DNA of 64,000 bases, taken from the NCBI GenBank assembly GCA_050011565.1, contig JBEKIW010000001.1, positions 352,001 through 416,000 of the forward strand, written 5' to 3'. A program made the position numbers and the translations under genes. This DNA is from Dehalococcoidia bacterium (lineage in GTDB: Bacteria; Chloroflexota; Dehalococcoidia; GIF9; UBA5629). The notes beneath the pieces were generated by a model, which was not told where the DNA came from, made no database searches, and was given only the letters and a program-made list of their open reading frames with translations. Positions within the stretch are counted from its first letter, which is position 1, and the number at the start of each line of letters is the position of its first letter. Below, one piece after another: positions 19,408 through 29,928 of the stretch.

Positions 19408-21281
19408 TGTCCCTCGCTCTTTGACTGCCGTCGGCGATGGTCGAACCTACTAAATATATCGTAAAGCTGTTTGTTAATCTCCATTCCTTGCTCATTAAGT
19501 TTATCTGATTGTGCAACTGTTTCGCCAATTTCGGCATCACTGGCCAAAAGCTCTTGCGTCTGGGATGCTAGCATCTTTAATCTTCTTTCTTTTAGACGAA
19601 TGGTATATTCACTAATGTTTTCGCGTCGAGCCGATTCATTTTCGGTAATAATTGAGCGAAAAGGCCGAGTTATAAGGTTATCAAGATACTCCTGAAGAGT
19701 AACATCGAGACTATTCCGAAGCGAGTCAATGTTGTCGCTATGTTGCCATTTTTCATACAGTTCCCGGTTTTCAGTGTTTTCAAAATAGTCCGGCGATAGT
19801 TCCGCGATTTCAGACTTAAGGTCCGGATATTGAAGCAACAGAGCTAAGGTATATTGCTCCAACGGGCTGGATGAAATGATTGCGGGGGCTGTAGGCGTGA
19901 GAGCTTTCACGCCTCGGGGTCCTCTTCGTTTCCGTTCGTCGGCTCTAAACTTATTCCATGCGTCGCGCAGGTCGTGCTCATCAATCTTCAATAACCGGGC
20001 AAGCCTTTCTAGGTAGTGAGCCTGCCGCAACGGATCTTTCATCTCTAAAAGTAGTGGCAGCAGCTTCTCCACCGTTGTAGACTTATCCCTGGCACTTGCC
20101 AGGTTCACTTTAGCCACCTGACTTTCGAAAATAAAGTCAACAATCGGTTTGGCATCTGCTATCAACTTTTGCCACTTTGAAACGTCTCCCTTGATTACGT
20201 CTTTAATTATATCGTCCAGATCTTTGCCTTTGGGGTATATAAGAATCTTCACTTCAGCCTTTTGAGCATCTTCATATTTAACAGAGCCGTATAAAGATAG
20301 TGGTACCGGCAGCATCTTATCAACCATTTCACCACTTCGCGAGACAGCTTCTTTTCCCGCAGCGTCGGCATCAAGGGCCAGTATTAAATTCTTGGTCAAG
20401 TTTTTGGTAATAGCTAGCTGTTTGTCAACTATAGATGTACCTGAGAAGGCAACTACGTTCTCATACCCGTACTGGTGAGCCGTCAAAACATCCATGTAGC
20501 CTTCCGTGATTATAGCTAAATCTTTTTGACGAATGGCTGTCTTGGCACGGTCAATCCCATATAGGCTGCTGCTCTTATCGAAAACCGGTGTTTGCGGAGA
20601 GTTGAGATACTTGGGTAAAGAATCGTCTAAAGCTCTAGCACCAAAGCCTATAACTTTACCCTGGATGTCCCGAATAGGGAACATTAAACGATTGCGAAAT
20701 CGGTCGTAGTTGTTCTTATCATCTCGCTCCACGAGCAAGCCGGCAGCCAGAAGTTCCGCATCACCATATCCCTTACCCTTCAGGTATTGCTTCAGAGTGT
20801 CCCATTTCTCCGGCGCGAAACCCAGCTGGAAGTTTTTTATGGTTTCCAGCGACAGCCCACGTCGAGCTACATAATTCCTCGCCGTCTCTGCCACGGAAGT
20901 ATTCAGCAATACGTGATGGTAATATTCGGCAGCGGCTTCGTTGATTTCAAATAATCTTTCCCTCTCTTTATTCTGAGCCTGCCTCTGTGGGGTTGACTGG
21001 GCAACCAGGGTAACGCCCGCTTTGTTGGCTAAAAGGCGAAGAGCTTGCGCAAAATCGACCCCTTCTTTTTTCATGATAAAGGAAAAAATATCGCCGCCGG
21101 TACCGCAGGCGCCGAAGCAGTGCCAGCTCTGCCGCTCGGGAAAAACAAAAAATGAAGGGTTCTTTTCAGAATGGAATGGGCATGCGGACTTATAATTTCG
21201 CCCCGATTTCTGTAATTTCACATACTCGGAGACAATTTGCACTATGTCCAGTCTCTGTTTTACGTCGTCAATAACACTCAT
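19404..21281 (-). CDS. dnaG: DNA primase
   Basis: CPFH.EK.PSF...CFGAC Zn finger, [28 protein letters not shown]. Confidence 0.97.
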   Translation of the reverse strand: MSVIDDVKQRLDIVQIVSEYVKLQKSGRNYKSACPFHSEKNPSFFVFPERQSWHCFGACGTGGDIFSFIMKKEGVDFAQALRLLANKAGVTLVAQSTPQRQAQNKERERLFEINEAAAEYYHHVLLNTSVAETARNYVARRGLSLETIKNFQLGFAPEKWDTLKQYLKGKGYGDAELLAAGLLVERDDKNNYDRFRNRLMFPIRDIQGKVIGFGARALDDSLPKYLNSPQTPVFDKSSSLYGIDRAKTAIRQKDLAIITEGYMDVLTAHQYGYENVVAFSGTSIVDKQLAITKNLTKNLILALDADAAGKEAVSRSGEMVDKMLPVPLSLYGSVKYEDAQKAEVKILIYPKGKDLDDIIKDVIKGDVSKWQKLIADAKPIVDFIFESQVAKVNLASARDKSTTVEKLLPLLLEMKDPLRQAHYLERLARLLKIDEHDLRDAWNKFRADERKRRGPRGVKALTPTAPAIISSSPLEQYTLALLLQYPDLKSEIAELSPDYFENTENRELYEKWQHSDNIDSLRNSLDVTLQEYLDNLITRPFRSIITENESARRENISEYTIRLKERRLKMLASQTQELLASDAEIGETVAQSDKLNEQGMEINKQLYDIFSRFDHRRRQSKSEGQ

Positions 21282-21282
21282 T

Positions 21283-22368
21283 TTAGTGGCCCAACGGCAT
21301 GTTTCTAAGTTCGGATGGCCTGTGATATATCTTCACGCGTCTGATTTCCGTGGCCATTTTTAATGCGTACTGGTCGGTCATCCCTGCAATGTAATCAGTA
21401 ACCTTACGCTCCACGCTGTCATCACGGTATGCATATTCTTGCGGCAATTTCTCTTCGTGTTTCAGGAAATATGAATATAGAAGGCGCATTATCCTTCTTG
21501 CTTTTGAAGTGTCTTTACCAGCCAGGCTTGGATTATACACTCTGTCAAACAGAAACTCACGCAGGCCGTTGGTCACCTCTAGAATATCTGCGCTCATCCC
21601 AATAGTTGGCATTTTTAAATTCGCATCACCTGTTGAGGCCAAAGAATAACTGACTATATCACATACGAGCGTGTTGATTCGCCGGCCGGTGGTATTGCCG
21701 AGCAGGTTTACTGCAGAAGTCGGCAGCTCGTTTTCAGCTATAACGCCGGCTCTTATTGCATCGGCAATATCGTGGTTGACATAAGCAACGATATCAGCCA
21801 TCTTGACGACCTGTCCTTCGATAGTACTAACTTCTGTCCATCCCTCCCCGAGTATCTCAATTCCGCTCTTGGAATGATTCAAGATGCCGTCTCTTACTTC
21901 CCATGTCAGGTTTAGCCCTTGTCCGTCTTTTTCCAGTAAGTCGACTACTCTCAGGCTTTGCTCGTTATGCTTAAATCCGCCGGGAAAGAGCTCGTTCAGA
22001 ACTTGCTCACCAACATGACCGAATGGCGTATGACCTAAATCATGTCCCAAAGCTATTGCTTCGGTTAAATCCTCATTAAGATTAAGTGCTCTGGATATAG
22101 TGCGCGCAATCTGCGAGACTTCTAAAGTATGTGTTAGCCTGGTTACATAATGGTCGCCCAAGGGGGCGATAAAGACCTGAGTCTTGTGTTTGAGACGACG
22201 GAAGGCATTGGAGTAGATTATGCGGTCGCGGTCCCGCTGGAAATCTGTTCGTAATGAGCTAGGTTCCTCCCATTTGAGTCTGCCCCGACTAAGCCTGCTT
22301 TTGGATGCATAAGGAGAGAACCTATTTTCAGATTCTTCTATACGCTGCCGAATGTTTAGACTGACCAT
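21283..22368 (-). CDS. dgt: Deoxyguanosinetriphosphate triphosphohydrolase (HD domain)
   Basis: FQRDRDRI, FRRLKHKTQVF, RLTHTLEV, GHDLGHTPFGH, DYIAGMTD. Confidence 0.95.
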   Translation of the reverse strand: MVSLNIRQRIEESENRFSPYASKSRLSRGRLKWEEPSSLRTDFQRDRDRIIYSNAFRRLKHKTQVFIAPLGDHYVTRLTHTLEVSQIARTISRALNLNEDLTEAIALGHDLGHTPFGHVGEQVLNELFPGGFKHNEQSLRVVDLLEKDGQGLNLTWEVRDGILNHSKSGIEILGEGWTEVSTIEGQVVKMADIVAYVNHDIADAIRAGVIAENELPTSAVNLLGNTTGRRINTLVCDIVSYSLASTGDANLKMPTIGMSADILEVTNGLREFLFDRVYNPSLAGKDTSKARRIMRLLYSYFLKHEEKLPQEYAYRDDSVERKVTDYIAGMTDQYALKMATEIRRVKIYHRPSELRNMPLGH

Positions 22369-22406
22369 TAAAAGTTAAGTTTTTGCTCTCCTGCTCTGCT
22401 ACAACG

Positions 22407-24674
22407 CTATGATTGGCCAAGTTTAGCTTCAACAGCAGCAATTATACGTCTTGTTTCATCTATCATGTCAGGGCTTACCGAGACTGAGGTGATGCCCCAT
22501 TTTACCAGTTTTTCAGTAAGTTCCGGGTAGACTGAAGGTGCCTGACCGCAAATTGAAGCGGTGACGCCTTTGCTAACTGAAACTCTGATAAGTTTTTCTA
22601 AAGCTATGATTACGGCATCGTTTCTCTCATCAAACTCCGGTGCAAGCTTGGGGTTGTCTCGGTCTATGCCTAAAATCAGCTGTGTCAGGTCGTTAGAGCC
22701 AATAGAGATGCCGTCGATACCAACGTCTAAGAACTTGTCTATAAGGAAGACATTTGATGGCACTTCAGCCATCATCCACAATTTGAAATTGGGAAACTGG
22801 TATAATCCCTCGGCAACAAAGAATCTTTTTATCCTGGCTAACTCGTCGACGAAACGGACAAAGGGAATCATGACGTATAAATTATCGTAGGACTGACATA
22901 CTTTTTTAATTGTCTCCACTTCCATCCTGAAAACCTCGGGTTCCCTGGTGTATCGCGAACAGCCACGATACCCAATCATGGGATTTTCCTCGAATTCTTC
23001 ATATCTGTCGCCGCCGCGCAAGTTTCTATACTCGTTAGTTTTGAAATCAGTAGTTCGGTAAACCACAGGCCTGGGGTGGAAAGCTTTGGTAAAGGTGGTA
23101 ATGCCTCGAGCCAGCATTTCCATGAACTGCTCACCTTTTCCCTCATGTAACATATACCGGGGATGTCCACCAATCTGAGCTATCATAAACTCGGCTCTCA
23201 GCAAGCCAACGCCGTCTACATGCCGTGAAGCTATCGTCTCAGCCAGGTCCGGCTCAGCTAGATTTACGTAGACTCTGGTCTTGGTTTTTATACGCTCTTG
23301 AGAGATAACTGCCGGGGCGGATTTTGTCGGCTCAGCTACTCTTCCGGCATATACTTCTCCTCTAGCGCCGTCTACGGTGATTTCCTGACCGTCTTTCAGA
23401 GTTTTTGTTGCTACCTCTGTGCCGACCACGCATGGGATACCCAGTTCGCGGCTAACAATAGCTGCATGGGCCGTTCTGCCGCCGCGGTCGGTGACTATAG
23501 CTGATGCTCGCTTCATTGCCGGCACGAAGTCCGGGGTCGTCATTTCGGCGACCAGAACATCACCGTTTTTGACTTTATCTACTTGCGAAGCCACGGGCAC
23601 AATTCTTACCGGGCCAACAGCTATTCCCGGGCTGGCGGCAACGCCGATTAAAATTGCTTGAGCCTCTATTTTATGAAAAATCTTGCCGGTATCTTTGGGT
23701 TTCAAAGTAGTTACCGGCCGCGTTTGAAGAATAAAGAACTGCGTTCCTTCCTTTGCCCACTCGATGTCCTGGGGGAACTGGTACAGGTCTTCAATCGTTT
23801 TTCCTAGTTCAGCCAGGACGACAATATCTTTATCGGCCAGCTTCTGCCTGCTCTGTTTTGATGCTGGAACGGGAATCTTGACGTTTGATTCAAGTTCACC
23901 TGACGGCGCATTGGTGTTTTTAGCCAGTTGCCATTCTTGCTTGTGTACTTGCTTATCGATAATTCTCATCTCGTTTTTATCCAGGAGATATTGGTCGGGT
24001 GTTACGTCACCGGATACGATAGCTTCACCCAGTCCGAAAATTGCTTCAATAAGTATCTTAGTCGTATCGCTACTTAAAGGCTCTACGGTGAACAAAACTC
24101 CCGATGTCTCTGATTGAATCATCTTTTGCACCGGAACGGCGATACCGACCTTAAAATGGTCGAAACCGTGCTCTTCTCGATAGAATATTGCTCTAGCCTC
24201 AAACAGGGAACTCCAGCAACCTTGTATTGCTGCCACTACCTCATCTGCGCCTTGAATATTTAGAAAGGTGCGCTGTTGCCCGGCGAAAGAAGCCTCCGGT
24301 AAATCCTCAGCTGTAGCCGAAGAGCGGACTGCTACTAACCCTTGACCTAGTTTACGATAAGCCTCTTTCATTTCCTTTGCCATATCAGGCGGCATAGGCG
24401 CGCGCGAAATTTTATCCTTGATAACGTCGGATACCTCTTGGAGCCGTTTGCTATCATTAACGTTCAAGCCTTCGAGGTAGCGGCGGATTTCGTCCGTAAG
24501 GCCGGCGTCATTAAGAAATTTAAAATAGGCGCCCGCGGTGACAATGAACCCTGGTGGAACCGGTATTTTAGCGTGAACCATCTCACCCAGGTTAGCGCCT
24601 TTACCACCTACCAGGGGAATGTCAACTTTGGTTACTTCGTTAAACCAAACAATAGTCTTTGTCCCTTGCAGCAT
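22407..24674 (-). CDS. ppsA: Phosphoenolpyruvate synthase
   Basis: VGGKGANLGE, AVRSSATAEDL..ASFAGQ, phospho-His TAHAAIVSRE, GLLRAEF, SIGSNDLTQ, SICGQ. Confidence 0.96.
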   Translation of the reverse strand: MLQGTKTIVWFNEVTKVDIPLVGGKGANLGEMVHAKIPVPPGFIVTAGAYFKFLNDAGLTDEIRRYLEGLNVNDSKRLQEVSDVIKDKISRAPMPPDMAKEMKEAYRKLGQGLVAVRSSATAEDLPEASFAGQQRTFLNIQGADEVVAAIQGCWSSLFEARAIFYREEHGFDHFKVGIAVPVQKMIQSETSGVLFTVEPLSSDTTKILIEAIFGLGEAIVSGDVTPDQYLLDKNEMRIIDKQVHKQEWQLAKNTNAPSGELESNVKIPVPASKQSRQKLADKDIVVLAELGKTIEDLYQFPQDIEWAKEGTQFFILQTRPVTTLKPKDTGKIFHKIEAQAILIGVAASPGIAVGPVRIVPVASQVDKVKNGDVLVAEMTTPDFVPAMKRASAIVTDRGGRTAHAAIVSRELGIPCVVGTEVATKTLKDGQEITVDGARGEVYAGRVAEPTKSAPAVISQERIKTKTRVYVNLAEPDLAETIASRHVDGVGLLRAEFMIAQIGGHPRYMLHEGKGEQFMEMLARGITTFTKAFHPRPVVYRTTDFKTNEYRNLRGGDRYEEFEENPMIGYRGCSRYTREPEVFRMEVETIKKVCQSYDNLYVMIPFVRFVDELARIKRFFVAEGLYQFPNFKLWMMAEVPSNVFLIDKFLDVGIDGISIGSNDLTQLILGIDRDNPKLAPEFDERNDAVIIALEKLIRVSVSKGVTASICGQAPSVYPELTEKLVKWGITSVSVSPDMIDETRRIIAAVEAKLGQS

Positions 24675-24797
24675 ACCCCTCCTTGTTGTTCAGATTGTCT
24701 TGGCGGCCGTATTATACCAGAAAATATGGACTTTGAAGATAGGAGAACACTAATTTTAGCTTTCCTGCCAAACGACTTTAGGTTAGAGTTGCCTTAC

Positions 24798-25898
24798 CTA
24801 AATATTGAAAAGAAAGGTTATGATGTCTCCATCTTGTACTATGTAATTCTTCCCTTCGAGTCTCAGGAGGCCGTGTTTTTTTGCTTCGGCCAGGCTGCCG
24901 CATCTATCTAAATCATTAAAATTGACCACTTCAGCCCGGATAAATCCCTTTTCGATATCAGAATGTATTTTTCCGGCAGCCTTTACGGCGGACGTTCCTT
25001 TGGTAATTGTCCACGCTTTAAGTTCATCGGAGACGGTGGTAAAGAAGGAGATTAATCCCAGGAGTTGATATGAAAGTCTGATGACGCGGTCAACTGCAGG
25101 CTCGGCCAGGCCAAGATCCTTTCTAAATTCTGCACTATCAGAGTCGTCTAACTGACTCAACTCCATTTCCAACTTACCACACAAGGCAGCCACTTCAAAT
25201 TGGGCGTGAGAGTAGGTTGAGCGTATTTCAGCTTCAAAAGAGGATTCCTGTGTTAACTGGTTCTCCCCGATATTGATAACCAACAGTATGGGTTTGGCAG
25301 TAAGAAACTGATAATTAGCCAGGCTTTTGACTTCCTCACCGGTTAAACTTTGCTGCCAGATTGGTATATCTTTTTCTAATTCTGACTTGATCCTTTCAAG
25401 CAAAGCTTGTTCTTTCAATAACGGATCTCGTTCTGATTGCTTAGCGCCCTTCAAAGAATCTTCCAGCCGCTTTAATCTTCTTTCAATTATTGCCAGATCG
25501 GAGAACACAAGCTCAAGATTCATGGTAGCTATGTCCCGTTTCGGGTTGATAGTGCCATCTATATGCGGCACCTTTTCGTCTTCAAAGACTCGGACAACAT
25601 GTATCAGCGCATCGGCGTTGCTTAAATAGTTCAGGAATTGACCACTTATTCCCTCTCCCTTACCGAAATCTTTAGCTATACCTACAATATCGACATATTT
25701 GACTTCAGCGGGCATCACCTTCTTGGGATGGAATATCTTATCCAGAACCTGCAATCTAGGTTCCGGCACTTTTGACACTCCGATGTTTGGGGCCAGGGCG
25801 GTTGTGGCATAAGTTGTAGTGTCAGCTTTTCCCCTGGTCAAGACGTTGAAAATAGTTGTCTTACCGCTTTTGGGTAGACCGATGACGCAGACTTCCAA
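24798..25898 (-). CDS. ychF: Redox-regulated ATPase YchF
   Basis: GLPKSGKTT, G.GEG.SGQFL, C-terminal TGS domain (AAGKIHSDIEKGFIRAE, LEGK.Y.VQDGD). TTG start at 25898 follows a GGGGAAG SD. Confidence 0.95.
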   Translation of the reverse strand: MEVCVIGLPKSGKTTIFNVLTRGKADTTTYATTALAPNIGVSKVPEPRLQVLDKIFHPKKVMPAEVKYVDIVGIAKDFGKGEGISGQFLNYLSNADALIHVVRVFEDEKVPHIDGTINPKRDIATMNLELVFSDLAIIERRLKRLEDSLKGAKQSERDPLLKEQALLERIKSELEKDIPIWQQSLTGEEVKSLANYQFLTAKPILLVINIGENQLTQESSFEAEIRSTYSHAQFEVAALCGKLEMELSQLDDSDSAEFRKDLGLAEPAVDRVIRLSYQLLGLISFFTTVSDELKAWTITKGTSAVKAAGKIHSDIEKGFIRAEVVNFNDLDRCGSLAEAKKHGLLRLEGKNYIVQDGDIITFLFNI

Positions 25899-25972
25899 AA
25901 TACTTCCCCGTACCGCAAAATATAAGCTAGACGAGACCAAATTGCAAGAGACAAGCAGCTTTGTTCACGAAC

Positions 25973-26002
25973 TTGTCGCTATTTTGCCTGATGTGTTATA
26001 AT
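25973..26002 (+). promoter_or_regulatory. Putative promoter of the rpsF operon
   Basis: TTGTCG-N18-TATAAT with a TG extended -10. Confidence 0.55.
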
Positions 26003-26036
26003 GTCCACACTTTTGAGCTTTGAAGGAAAAATACAA

Positions 26037-26324
26037 GTGTCTAACTACGAACTAGTGCTCATAATTAGTCCTGATATGACTGATGAAGAAATGCCTGACT
26101 TCATCGCTAAGCTGAGCGAGCTCATCAACAAGGTCGGTGGAACGGTAGGTGAGGTAAGTCAGTGGGGCAGGAGACAGCTGGCTTATCCTATTAAAAGGTC
26201 TGCAGAAGGCAATTATGTGCTGACTAAGCTCAATTTGAAGCCGACTGTAACCAAAGAACTTGAAGCTAGCTTTCGGCTTTCCGGGAAGATTCTACGTCAT
26301 CTCCTGATAAGATTGGCGGATTAA
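26037..26324 (+). CDS. rpsF: 30S ribosomal protein S6
   Basis: YELVLIISP, WGRRQLAYPI, ILRHL. GTG start follows GAAGGA. Confidence 0.95.
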   Translation: MSNYELVLIISPDMTDEEMPDFIAKLSELINKVGGTVGEVSQWGRRQLAYPIKRSAEGNYVLTKLNLKPTVTKELEASFRLSGKILRHLLIRLAD

Positions 26325-26341
26325 GGTGTAAGGAGCAGGCT

Positions 26342-26776
26342 ATGGTGAGTTTGAACAAAATAATGCTTATTGGGAATGTCGGTACTGACCCGGAAATGCG
26401 TTTTACGGCAAATGGTAATCCGGTGACCTCGTTCCGTGTTGCCACTAGCCGGTCGTACACAACTTCTGAAGGGGAGCGGAGACAGGAAACAGAGTGGTTT
26501 ACGATAGTCGCCTGGAAGAAACAGGCGGAAAGCTGCAATCAGTTTTTGACAAAAGGTCAGAGAGTTTATATTGAAGGCAGCTTGCGGACACGCTCCTGGG
26601 AAGGGCGGGATGGCCAGAAACGAGTTACCGCTGAGGTGATAGCGAATAGAGTATTGTTCCTTGACAGGCAAGCCGTAGCTCCGCTGCCGGGTGAAGAAAT
26701 TCCTGTGGAAGCTCCTGTAGAAGCTCCTGTAGAAGCTGCGGAGGAAGAGGTTGAGCCTGAAGATTTACCTTTTTAA
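26342..26776 (+). CDS. ssb: Single-stranded DNA-binding protein
   Basis: LNKIMLIGN.G.DPE, TEWF..V.W, V.IEG.L.TR.W, acidic tail EDLPF. Confidence 0.97.
   Translation: MVSLNKIMLIGNVGTDPEMRFTANGNPVTSFRVATSRSYTTSEGERRQETEWFTIVAWKKQAESCNQFLTKGQRVYIEGSLRTRSWEGRDGQKRVTAEVIANRVLFLDRQAVAPLPGEEIPVEAPVEAPVEAAEEEVEPEDLPF
26702..26737 (+). repeat. In-frame 12-bp tandem repeat x3 in the SSB linker (PVEA x3)
   Basis: cctgtggaagct cctgtagaagct cctgtagaagct. Confidence 0.85.
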
Positions 26777-26812
26777 GCATTTAAAATTGGAAAAGGAGGC
26801 ATAGATTAGAGC

Positions 26813-27106
26813 ATGGAGGAAGGTGAGGGGACTAAGGAAGTAAGAGAGAAGGGGCGTCGTTTCGTATTCAAGCCCAAAGTTTGTCCCTTTTGCGCTGATA
26901 AAAGCGAGATAGACTATAAAGACACCTTCAAGTTGCGCCGCTATGTTTCTGACCGGGCTAGAATCGAGCCACGTCGCAGGACTGGCGTTTGCGCCAAGCA
27001 TCAGCGACGGTTGGCATTAGCGATAAAGAGAGCTCGCTATCTGGCTCTGTTGCCTTATACTCCAGAGCACGTCAGTCCCAAACGGGTAGCTGAAACTAAA
27101 GCTTAG
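26813..27106 (+). CDS. rpsR: 30S ribosomal protein S18 (Zn-binding C+ type)
   Basis: CPFC, IDYKD, I.PRR.TG.CAKHQR.LA.AIKRAR.LALLPY. Confidence 0.96.
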   Translation: MEEGEGTKEVREKGRRFVFKPKVCPFCADKSEIDYKDTFKLRRYVSDRARIEPRRRTGVCAKHQRRLALAIKRARYLALLPYTPEHVSPKRVAETKA

Positions 27107-27123
27107 ATTTAGGGAAGAGTAAA

Positions 27124-27264
27124 GTGCCTAAAAGAACATACCAGCCTAAAAAAAAGGCAAGAAAACGTAAGCATGGCTTCCGAGCCAGGACGGCAACTCG
27201 AGGTGGACGGGAGGTATTAAAATCACGGCGGCTCAAGGGGCGGTGGAAATTGACGCCAGTATAG
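27124..27264 (+). CDS. rpmH: 50S ribosomal protein L34 (not in the ORF track)
   Basis: Hand translation from GTG: [46 protein letters not shown]. Directly upstream of rnpA. Confidence 0.96.
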   Translation: MPKRTYQPKKKARKRKHGFRARTATRGGREVLKSRRLKGRWKLTPV

Positions 27265-27268
27265 AAGC

Positions 27269-27628
27269 ATGACAAAGAAGTGGGCTTTAACTAAAAGAGC
27301 CCAGTATTTGACTGTTTACAAATCAGGTAAAGCTTGGGTAAATAATCTTATAGTTATGAAAGCGTTGCCTAACGAGTGCGAGTTTAGCCGTTATGGGTTT
27401 TCGGTAACCAAGAATATTGGTAAGGCGGTGGTGCGCAATCGGATTCGGCGCTTGCTGAGAGAGATTTCTCGCATGACGTCTGTAAAACCAGGCTGGGATA
27501 TTGTGTTCATTGCTCGGCCAGAAGCAGTTGCTGCCGACTATCACGAACTCAGTAAGTCAGTGGAAATGCTTCTGCGACGAGCTCATTTAATAAATAAAGA
27601 TGAAGCGGTTCGTGCTGGAGTTAATTAA
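27269..27628 (+). CDS. rnpA: Ribonuclease P protein component
   Basis: RYGFSV.K.IGKAVVRNRIRR.LRE (RNR motif), DIVFIAR. Confidence 0.96.
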   Translation: MTKKWALTKRAQYLTVYKSGKAWVNNLIVMKALPNECEFSRYGFSVTKNIGKAVVRNRIRRLLREISRMTSVKPGWDIVFIARPEAVAADYHELSKSVEMLLRRAHLINKDEAVRAGVN

Positions 27629-27809
27629 GCTGTATCAGTCTACGGTATCACGAGTTGTCCCGCCTGCTTGTCGATTTGAACCTACTTGTTCTCACTATAC
27701 CTACGAGGCAATCCAGAGATACGGACTGGTCAAAGGAAGCTGGCTTGGAGCCAAACGTATAGCGCGTTGCCATCCCTGGTCCGAGGGTGGTTATGACCCG
27801 GTGCCTTAA
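27600..27809 (+). CDS. yidD: Membrane protein insertion efficiency factor YidD
   Basis: CRFEPTCSHY..EAI..YG..KG.WL...RI.RCHPW..GGYDPVP. Confidence 0.96.
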   Translation: MKRFVLELIKLYQSTVSRVVPPACRFEPTCSHYTYEAIQRYGLVKGSWLGAKRIARCHPWSEGGYDPVP

Positions 27810-27841
27810 TTTCTCAGCTTTTTACATTGATGGTGAATTAG

Positions 27842-29041
27842 ATGACCAGTTTCTTCAAAACAAAAACGAACATCTTAGGTCTGATAGTCTGTCTTGTCAT
27901 TCTTTGCCCGCTTGTTGTTGGTTGTTCCGGGCCAACATTTCAGGGCTGGTCGGGTTTTGCTGCATCTGACAACGTTGTTTATTTCGGAGGTATAGATGGC
28001 AAGGTGTATGCCATCAGCCCGACAGCTCGGAGTCAAAATCTAACTTTTCCTGGCCAGGATGAATGGGTTTTTAGCGTCCCCAGCCTCGGTGCTCCAGGTG
28101 CAATTTGCGGTCCGGCTTGTGCCCCGTCATCGCCACGGGCGAGCATCTATGCAACACCCATGGTGGTTGGAGACCTCCTCTGTGTCAGTATTTATGCCGG
28201 CGAAAACGGCAAACTGTTAGCCATAAATAGGCTCGCTCCCGGCTATACCGAAGGCGTTCCGCAACGGTCAAAAGGTGAATGGACATATCCAAGTGGAGTC
28301 AAATCCGTGGGTGCTATTGTCGGCAGTCCGGTAGTGGTTGATGGGACTCTGTATGTAGGTAGTTCTGACGGTAAGCTCTATGCCATAGATGACGTTTACG
28401 GTGAGAAGAAATGGGAATTTAACACCGGCGGCAAAATATGGACGTCTCCTGTAGTTGAAGGCGGCGTTGTTTACGTTAGCAACTATAACCGGAAGCTTTT
28501 TGCGGTATCGAGCGCTGACGGCACTCTGATTTGGCAAACGGAGTTACCATCATCTATTGCTTCATCGCCGGCGGTTTCGGGAGACAATGTCTTTCTAGGA
28601 ACTTTCGACAACCATTTGTATGCTATTGATAAAACAAACGGTAAGGAGAGATGGAATTTTGAGGGTGGTAACTGGTTCTGGTCAACTCCGGTAGTTAAGG
28701 ATGGCACGGTTTATGCGGGATGTCTTGACAATAAAATTTACGCCATCGAAGCCGGCACCGGCAAAGAGTTATGGCAATTTGTTGCCAACGGACCTATTGT
28801 TTCAAAACCGGTACTGGCAGATAATCTTATAGTAGTGGCTTCGAAAGCAGGTGATATATATGTCCTTGACGCCGACAAAGGGAATTTGGTGCAGTCTGTT
28901 CATATTGGCTCTCCGATAATGGCCCCTCTCCTTGTTGAAGAGAGCATGCTTTATGTACACGCTGGAAATCTCTGTGTCTACAGTATAGATATGCAAAGCG
29001 GAGCGAAAGTCTGGGAATTTTGTTATTCCAGCACTAAGTAG
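27842..29041 (+). CDS. PQQ-like (BamB-type) beta-propeller repeat lipoprotein
   Basis: Hydrophobic signal ending in lipobox-like VVGC; repeated 'SPVV.dG.vYvgs.Dg.lYAid..tG...W.F' Trp-docking repeats. Confidence 0.88.
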   Translation: MTSFFKTKTNILGLIVCLVILCPLVVGCSGPTFQGWSGFAASDNVVYFGGIDGKVYAISPTARSQNLTFPGQDEWVFSVPSLGAPGAICGPACAPSSPRASIYATPMVVGDLLCVSIYAGENGKLLAINRLAPGYTEGVPQRSKGEWTYPSGVKSVGAIVGSPVVVDGTLYVGSSDGKLYAIDDVYGEKKWEFNTGGKIWTSPVVEGGVVYVSNYNRKLFAVSSADGTLIWQTELPSSIASSPAVSGDNVFLGTFDNHLYAIDKTNGKERWNFEGGNWFWSTPVVKDGTVYAGCLDNKIYAIEAGTGKELWQFVANGPIVSKPVLADNLIVVASKAGDIYVLDADKGNLVQSVHIGSPIMAPLLVEESMLYVHAGNLCVYSIDMQSGAKVWEFCYSSTK

Positions 29042-29049
29042 AGTTAGTT

Positions 29050-29928
29050 ATGGCTGATATATGGAATATTGTAATCTTGCAGCCTGTGCTCAACAGTCTG
29101 ATTGCTCTGACTAATGTTTTGGGTGGCAGCTTTGGATTAGCGATTATTGTTCTTACAGTTGTTGTCCGCTTGATACTATTCCCGCTCACTGTGCGTCAGA
29201 CTCAATCTACCAAGGCCATGCAAACACTGCAGCCAAAAATTCAGGAGCTTCAGAAGAGATATGCCAAGAACCAACAGAAATTACAGCAGGAGATGATGAA
29301 GCTGTATAAAGAGGCTGGAATTAATCCTCTTGGCTGTCTCTGGCCTATGCTCATCCAGTTGCCTATCTGGATAGCTCTGTACCAGTCCATTATGCAGGCT
29401 TTAGCAGCTACGCCCGAGAGCTTATTGAGTTTATCACAGCATCTTTATTCCTGGTCTGCAATCGGCCATGTTATACCGTTGGGTGATCAGTTTCTCTGGC
29501 TCCATTTGTCACGACCAGACCCTAATCTCATCCTGGCCATACTGGTCGGCGGCTCAATGTGGGTACAGCAAAAGATGGTGACGCCGCCAGCGACGGACCC
29601 AAGACAGCGGTCAATGACCAACATGACGACAACGATGATGCCATTAATGTTTGGCTTGTTTACTTTGTCCTTCCCCAGTGGCCTGGCCTTGTACTGGGTA
29701 GTTTCGAATGTGATTGGTATTGTGATCCAGTATTTCGTTAGTGGCGGCTGGGGCTACCTGAGAACTCCTTCGGCTCCAAAGCCGGCAGCGGCACCCGCTC
29801 AAAAAGTAATACCCGCTCCAAAAGCACCTGTGGTGCAGCCGTCCAAGACATTGCAGCAAGCTACTGAAGAATCAAAGACAATAAAGAAGGCATCTGAAGA
29901 GAAGAAGCGAGGTCTTTTTGGAAGATGA
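29050..29928 (+). CDS. yidC: Membrane protein insertase YidC (short type)
   Basis: FGLAII.LT..VR..L.PL, LQPKIQELQK.Y, NPLGCLWP.LIQLPI, PSGLALYW..SN. Confidence 0.96.
   Translation: MADIWNIVILQPVLNSLIALTNVLGGSFGLAIIVLTVVVRLILFPLTVRQTQSTKAMQTLQPKIQELQKRYAKNQQKLQQEMMKLYKEAGINPLGCLWPMLIQLPIWIALYQSIMQALAATPESLLSLSQHLYSWSAIGHVIPLGDQFLWLHLSRPDPNLILAILVGGSMWVQQKMVTPPATDPRQRSMTNMTTTMMPLMFGLFTLSFPSGLALYWVVSNVIGIVIQYFVSGGWGYLRTPSAPKPAAAPAQKVIPAPKAPVVQPSKTLQQATEESKTIKKASEEKKRGLFGR

Noticed and set aside
21283-22368. Anti-phage dGTPase
   Set aside because: Short housekeeping type in the common dgt-dnaG-rpoD context, not in a defence island.
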